Shown here: piece by piece, positions 59,391-64,000 of the stretch
Layout of the letters: each line of letters starts with the position of its first letter
How positions within the stretch are numbered: the stretch's first letter is position 1
Assembly: GCA_025999215.1 (NCBI GenBank)
Contig: AP024679.1
Coordinates: forward strand, 505,924-569,923
Source of the DNA: Candidatus Dojkabacteria bacterium
GTDB taxonomy: Bacteria; Patescibacteriota; Dojkabacteria; J137
Reading direction: 5' to 3'
DNA: 64,000 bases
Notes under the pieces: generated by a model
Told to the model about the DNA's origin: nothing
What the model saw: the letters and a program-made list of their open reading frames with translations, nothing else
The model's database searches: none
Translations under genes and position numbers: made by a program

Positions 59391-62300
59391 ATGATCAATA
59401 AATTTAAAAAAATATTTGACGGAAGCAATAGAATCATTAAATCGGTTGAACCTGATTTTAAAAAATTTCAATCCTTCAAAGAAAAGTCTGAAAATCTCAC
59501 CAATGATGAAATGAGAGAAAGAATTAATGAGATTAAGAATGAGTTTAAAGAGTTATCCAAAAATGTACCTGAAGAGGCAATGAGATCTCTCAAACAATTT
59601 AGAAGAACTAAATCAGACATTCCTTCATATGAACAAAAAATTTTCAATAAAGTTTTGGAAGTAATGCCAGAAGTTTATGCATACATTGATGAAGTTTTTA
59701 AGAGAAAATCAGGCCACTCTTTTCACTCGGTTCAGATAAAAGCAGCAATGGTTTTGGCGCAAGGGCAACGATTAGTAGAAATGAAAACTGGTGAAGGTAA
59801 AACAAGGACTTTTGTTTTACCTTTGGCTCTTTACTCACTGGTGGGTAGAGGCGCTCATTTAGCAACGGTAAATGATTACCTTTCAAAAGTCGGTGGGGAA
59901 TATGTTGGACATTTTTTAAGTGAATTAGGTATTTCTGTTGGCATCATAACACCAAATGGATCATATAGATTCATTAGGGATGATGAACTAGAAAAATACA
60001 AGGGGAAAGAGGCGCTGGAGCAGAGAAAAAAACAGGCTTTAGAAATTGATAGGATGGAAGGACTTAACTTGCTTGAAGTTCCAAAAAAAGTTGCATATCA
60101 AATGGATGTAACTTATGGTACCAATAATGAGTTTGGTTTTGATTACTTGAGAGATAACATGGCGAGCTCAATAGATAAAATGGTTCAGAGAGAGTTGTAC
60201 TTTTGTGTTATTGATGAAGCAGATTCGATTTTAATTGATGAAGCGAGAACTCCACTAATAATTTCTGGAATACCTCAAGAATCTGATACAGAAAAATACA
60301 CTACATTTGCCAAAGCAGTTGCCCAACTTGAAGAAGGGAGAGATTATACTGTTGATTTTAAATCATTTTCTGTTTTACTAACAGAAGAAGGAATTAAAAG
60401 GTTAGAAGATATTTTGGGTGTTGCAAATTTGTGGGACGACTTTAGCATGGCTTATCATGTTGAAAATGCACTAAAAGCTAAAGCTCTTTACATAAAAGGC
60501 GACAAATATTTGGTTAAAAATGGCGAAGTTTTAATAGTTGACGAGTTTACAGGAAGAATTATGAAAGGAAGAAGGTATTCTGAAGGATTGCATCAAGCTA
60601 TTGAAGCGAAAGAAGGCGTTGAAATTAAACAAGAAACTAAAACATTTGCCACAATTACATTTCAAAATTTCTTTAGATTGTATAAGGTTTTGTGTGGAGG
60701 TTCTGGAACTATTATGACGGAACAGGAAGAATTTTATAAAATTTATGGTTTAGAATCTGTAGAAATTCCAACAAATAAACCTGTGATTAGAATAGACCAT
60801 CCAGATAGAATTTACAAAACAATGGATGCTAAATTTAGAGCTGTAGTAAGGGATGTAATTGAACAAAACAAAATTGGAAGGCCTGTCCTAATTGGTACGG
60901 CATCAGTTGAGAAATCAGAATTACTTTCAAAAATGCTTGATGAAGCAGGAGTTAAGCATGAAGTTTTAAATGCAAAGTATCATGAACGAGAATCTAGAAT
61001 AATTGCAAAAGCGGGAAAAAAGGGAGCTGTAACAGTTGCGACAAACATGGCTGGTAGAGGAACAGATATCGTAGTAGGTGGAGGAGTTAGAGGCGATGAT
61101 GCTTGGAAAGAAATAATTGAGATGGGTGGGCTTTATGTGATCGGTACCGAACGACATGATTCTCGAAGAATTGATAACCAGCTTAGAGGTAGAACTGGTA
61201 GACAAGGTGAACCTGGTGAAACAAGATTCTATGTTTCTTTAGAAGATCAGATAATGAGAGTGTTAGGTGGTGAAATAATGGCTAAGATTTTAAACATGGT
61301 TAGAATGGATGATGACCAACCAATTGAATTGAGGATGTTATCTAAGCAAATTGAAAGTGCTCAAAAGAGAATTGAAGGTATGAATTTCGATAGAAGAAAA
61401 AATGTTGTTGAATACGATGATGTAATGAATCAACATCGTGAAGTTTTTTATACAATTCGAAGGGATTTTTTGACTTTGGCTGATAATGCTTTAGGCAAAT
61501 TTAAAATTGGTCAAGATATCATTAATATTAGATCGCTAGAAAATGAAAAACAACGAGAAGATTTAGAAAAGAAAGTTGAGGCTGCAAGAGAGAAACTTAC
61601 TGAATTTATGATTCAAAAATTAGAAAATGAAGTAAAAAGGCTTATTGATTTAAATTTTAAAAATGGTTCAAGTGATGAAAATTATTCTGAGCTTGTAAAT
61701 GACCTGCTTAAGTTTATTCCTGAAAAATTATGGATAGAACATCTAAATTTATCAGAAGATAATTTAAAAGATCAAATTTTACATAAACTAAAAGAACTAA
61801 AGATTTCTGAACTAGAAAGATTTTTGGTTAACTTTGTTAATGATATTGCAAAATCCAAATTTAGAGAATTTAAAGATGATATTTATTCAATAATTAAAGT
61901 TATTACTCTGAGACAATTTGATGTTAAATGGGTAGATCATCTTGAAATCATGAAAGATATTCGTGATGGAGTAAGATTACAACAATATGCGCAAAAGAAT
62001 CCTCTTGTTGAATACAAAAATAGAGCGTTCGAAGTGTTTAATTCTTTCGTTTTGTCAATAAATTCTGAAACTGCAAAAACTTTTATGAAACTTAGAAGAG
62101 TTGATGCAAGAGAATCTTCATTTATACAGAAAATTACTACAAATAGAGAGCAAATAGAAGATGTTGTAACTGGAGATAGAGAAATGGATATATCTAGTTT
62201 AGCAAATAAAAATAATTCAGTAATTTCAAATCAAGTTGCTATAAATTCTATCAATAAATCAAATCAACAACATTCCTCAACCAATAAACAAATTAAATCA

Positions 62301-62420
62301 AAAACTTTTGGTAGGAATGAAAAAGTAAGTGTGAAGTATAGTGATGGCAGAGTTTTAGAAAATGTAAAATTTAAAAAAGTTTCTGATGATCTCGAAAAAG
62401 GAATAGCTGAAATAATTTAA
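59391..62420 (+). CDS. secA: preprotein translocase ATPase SecA
   Basis: Walker A MKTGEGKTRT. DEAD-like VIDEADSILIDEARTPLIISG. TNMAGRGTDI and ERHDSRRIDNQLRGRTGRQG are SecA hallmarks. 1009 aa. Confidence 0.97.
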   Translation: MINKFKKIFDGSNRIIKSVEPDFKKFQSFKEKSENLTNDEMRERINEIKNEFKELSKNVPEEAMRSLKQFRRTKSDIPSYEQKIFNKVLEVMPEVYAYIDEVFKRKSGHSFHSVQIKAAMVLAQGQRLVEMKTGEGKTRTFVLPLALYSLVGRGAHLATVNDYLSKVGGEYVGHFLSELGISVGIITPNGSYRFIRDDELEKYKGKEALEQRKKQALEIDRMEGLNLLEVPKKVAYQMDVTYGTNNEFGFDYLRDNMASSIDKMVQRELYFCVIDEADSILIDEARTPLIISGIPQESDTEKYTTFAKAVAQLEEGRDYTVDFKSFSVLLTEEGIKRLEDILGVANLWDDFSMAYHVENALKAKALYIKGDKYLVKNGEVLIVDEFTGRIMKGRRYSEGLHQAIEAKEGVEIKQETKTFATITFQNFFRLYKVLCGGSGTIMTEQEEFYKIYGLESVEIPTNKPVIRIDHPDRIYKTMDAKFRAVVRDVIEQNKIGRPVLIGTASVEKSELLSKMLDEAGVKHEVLNAKYHERESRIIAKAGKKGAVTVATNMAGRGTDIVVGGGVRGDDAWKEIIEMGGLYVIGTERHDSRRIDNQLRGRTGRQGEPGETRFYVSLEDQIMRVLGGEIMAKILNMVRMDDDQPIELRMLSKQIESAQKRIEGMNFDRRKNVVEYDDVMNQHREVFYTIRRDFLTLADNALGKFKIGQDIINIRSLENEKQREDLEKKVEAAREKLTEFMIQKLENEVKRLIDLNFKNGSSDENYSELVNDLLKFIPEKLWIEHLNLSEDNLKDQILHKLKELKISELERFLVNFVNDIAKSKFREFKDDIYSIIKVITLRQFDVKWVDHLEIMKDIRDGVRLQQYAQKNPLVEYKNRAFEVFNSFVLSINSETAKTFMKLRRVDARESSFIQKITTNREQIEDVVTGDREMDISSLANKNNSVISNQVAINSINKSNQQHSSTNKQIKSKTFGRNEKVSVKYSDGRVLENVKFKKVSDDLEKGIAEII

Positions 62421-62426
62421 AATAAT

Positions 62427-64000
62427 ATGTGTGGAATAGTATCTTATAGTGGTCGCAGTAACGCTCTTGAAGTGATACTGAAAGGACTTCAAAAGCTTGA
62501 ATATCGAGGTTATGACAGTGTTGGAATTTCTTTGATAAGTGGTTCTGAAATTATTACTAACAAGCATGTTGGTAGTGTTTCTGAGTTTTCATCTCAAATT
62601 TCAGAAAATTCATTACAAAATTTTAAGTCTTCCTGTGGAATTGGTCATACACGCTGGGCAACTCATGGCAAGGTTGATTTAACAAATACGCATCCTCATT
62701 TTTCAAATAATAAAAAAATTGCTGTAGTACACAATGGGATAATTGAAAATTATTTAGAGCTCAAAACACACCTTGAAAAATTAGGTTTTAGTTTTTATAG
62801 CGAGACAGACACGGAAGTAATTCCCAATTTAGTTCAAAGTTTTGTAGACACTGGAATGAATTTGATAGAGGCTTTCAAGGAGACATTAAAAATGTTAAAA
62901 GGTAGTTTTGCAATAGCAATGGTAACTTCTATTGAACCTAAAAAGATTTTTATCGCAAAATGTAAAAGTCCGCTAGTAATAGGTAAAAATAAAGGTGAAT
63001 TTTATGTTGCATCAGATGCAAATGCTCTTCTTGAATTTTGCAATAATTTCTTGTTTATGGAAGATGAAACATACGCCATTTTAGAATATGGAAAACAACC
63101 TAAACTTTTTAATTTTAGAGGAAATTCAGTTAAAGTAAATTTTAAAAAGTTAAAGTTAACTGCTAAACAAGTGAGTAATAAAAATTATGATGATTACATG
63201 CTTAAAGAAATTAATGAGCAGCCAGAAGTAATTAAAAATATTATTTCAGAGTATTTGAGTGATTCAGGTTTTAAGAGTGAATTTTTAAACTTAAATAAAA
63301 AAGATTTTAAAAGAATTATAATTTTAGCTTGTGGGAGTTCATACAATGCTGGGTTACTTGGTAAGTATTGGATTGAAAAGTTTGCTCAAATTCCAACAAA
63401 TGTTGAAATAGCTTCAGAATTTAAACTTAGAAATCCAGTTTTGAAAAAAAGCGATTTAATAATTGCGATATCACAAAGTGGTGAAACAGCAGATACCATT
63501 AGCGCAGTTGAGTATGCTAAATCAAAAAAATGTAAAATTGTTGCCATTTGCAATACTCCTGAATCAACTCTTGATAGAATGTCTAATCAAACAATATTTC
63601 TTAATGCAGGCCATGAAGTTGGAGTTGCGGCCACAAAAACATTTTTGGCACAAGTCGCAATACTTTTTTTGATTGCAATAAACTTAGCTCACAACAAATT
63701 TAAAAAGTTTAAAATAGAAGAATATTTAAGTGAATTTACTAAAATTTCAGATAAAATTCATGAAACTCTTTCCTTCACTTCGCAAATTGAATCTCTATCA
63801 CAAAAATATGCTCACTTTAAAAATTTTTTCTTTCTTGGAAGAGGGCTTGCTTATCCACTAGCTATTGAAGGAGCCTTAAAATTAAAAGAGATTTCGTACA
63901 TTCATGCTGAAGGTTTGCCTGTTGGAGAAATGAAACATGGTAGCATTGCTTTGATTGATGAGCTTTTCCCGTCGGTTGTGTTAGCTTTTAAAAATTTTTA
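62427..64000 (+). CDS. glmS: glutamine--fructose-6-phosphate aminotransferase, 3'-truncated by the window end
   Basis: MCGIVSY N-terminal nucleophile Cys. GHTRWATHG. Two SIS domains with SQSGETADT. Open to position 64000 and absent from the ORF track because no stop lies inside the window. Confidence 0.9.
   Translation, partial: MCGIVSYSGRSNALEVILKGLQKLEYRGYDSVGISLISGSEIITNKHVGSVSEFSSQISENSLQNFKSSCGIGHTRWATHGKVDLTNTHPHFSNNKKIAVVHNGIIENYLELKTHLEKLGFSFYSETDTEVIPNLVQSFVDTGMNLIEAFKETLKMLKGSFAIAMVTSIEPKKIFIAKCKSPLVIGKNKGEFYVASDANALLEFCNNFLFMEDETYAILEYGKQPKLFNFRGNSVKVNFKKLKLTAKQVSNKNYDDYMLKEINEQPEVIKNIISEYLSDSGFKSEFLNLNKKDFKRIIILACGSSYNAGLLGKYWIEKFAQIPTNVEIASEFKLRNPVLKKSDLIIAISQSGETADTISAVEYAKSKKCKIVAICNTPESTLDRMSNQTIFLNAGHEVGVAATKTFLAQVAILFLIAINLAHNKFKKFKIEEYLSEFTKISDKIHETLSFTSQIESLSQKYAHFKNFFFLGRGLAYPLAIEGALKLKEISYIHAEGLPVGEMKHGSIALIDELFPSVVLAFKNF

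Noticed and set aside
1-64000. Possible alternative genetic code (UGA=Gly, code 25, as in some candidate phyla)
   Set aside because: Long conserved genes (secA, lysS, pyrG, serS, glyS, pgk, gap) terminate normally and contain no internal TGA; a standard-code six-frame translation gives full-length proteins. The interrupted ORFs involve TAA and TAG as well as frameshifts, not systematic TGA.
1-64000. CRISPR arrays, rRNA genes, intact transposase/integrase genes
   Set aside because: No regularly spaced direct repeats, no rRNA-like conserved stretches and no ORF with recombinase or transposase motifs were seen. Only decayed remnants occur near tRNA-Glu.

Overview
AT-rich (~30% GC), gene-dense window using the standard genetic code, so TGA is a stop. 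Long housekeeping genes are intact. They include SecA, LysS, PyrG, SerS, a class II GlyRS, GAPDH, PGK, an archaeal-type TIM, RelA/SpoT, MiaA, PrmC, Xth, Orn, HtrA, FtsW/RodA, HPF and a partial GlmS. The gene set is compatible with a reduced-genome bacterium such as a Patescibacteria/CPR-like lineage. Supporting features are a pilin-like protein, a sortase, peptidoglycan genes, a small glycolysis core and few biosynthetic genes. This taxonomic placement is inference only. Three tRNAs are present: Ser-GCT, Glu-TTC and Leu-TAG. Accessory content stands out in four places. (1) A compositionally mosaic island of about 4.3 kb lies just downstream of tRNA-Glu at 25.1-29.3 kb. It holds 45-55% GC segments, decayed gene remnants, an isochorismatase-family gene, a HAD fragment, a CYTH-like ORF, a GC-rich orphan ORF preceded by GGATAG palindromic operator-like repeats, and an SD-led ORF interrupted by two in-frame stops. 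(2) A tightly coupled minus-strand operon encodes a receiver-only response regulator, a polyprenyl diphosphate synthase, a UbiA/DGGGPS-like prenyltransferase and a multi-TM histidine kinase. (3) A LysRS with a C-terminal HD-domain fusion sits beside a HIT-family gene. (4) A cell-surface cluster holds a sortase, a Cys-rich secreted protein, a giant DUF2341/LamG/FN3 protein of about 1,300 aa and a pilin. Several accessory genes are frameshifted, at least one at a homopolymer tract. These are the P-type ATPase, the AI-2E transporter, RNase HI, the giant surface protein and the Cys-rich protein. This is either sequencing indel error or genuine decay or phase variation. No CRISPR array, rRNA or intact mobile-element gene was seen.
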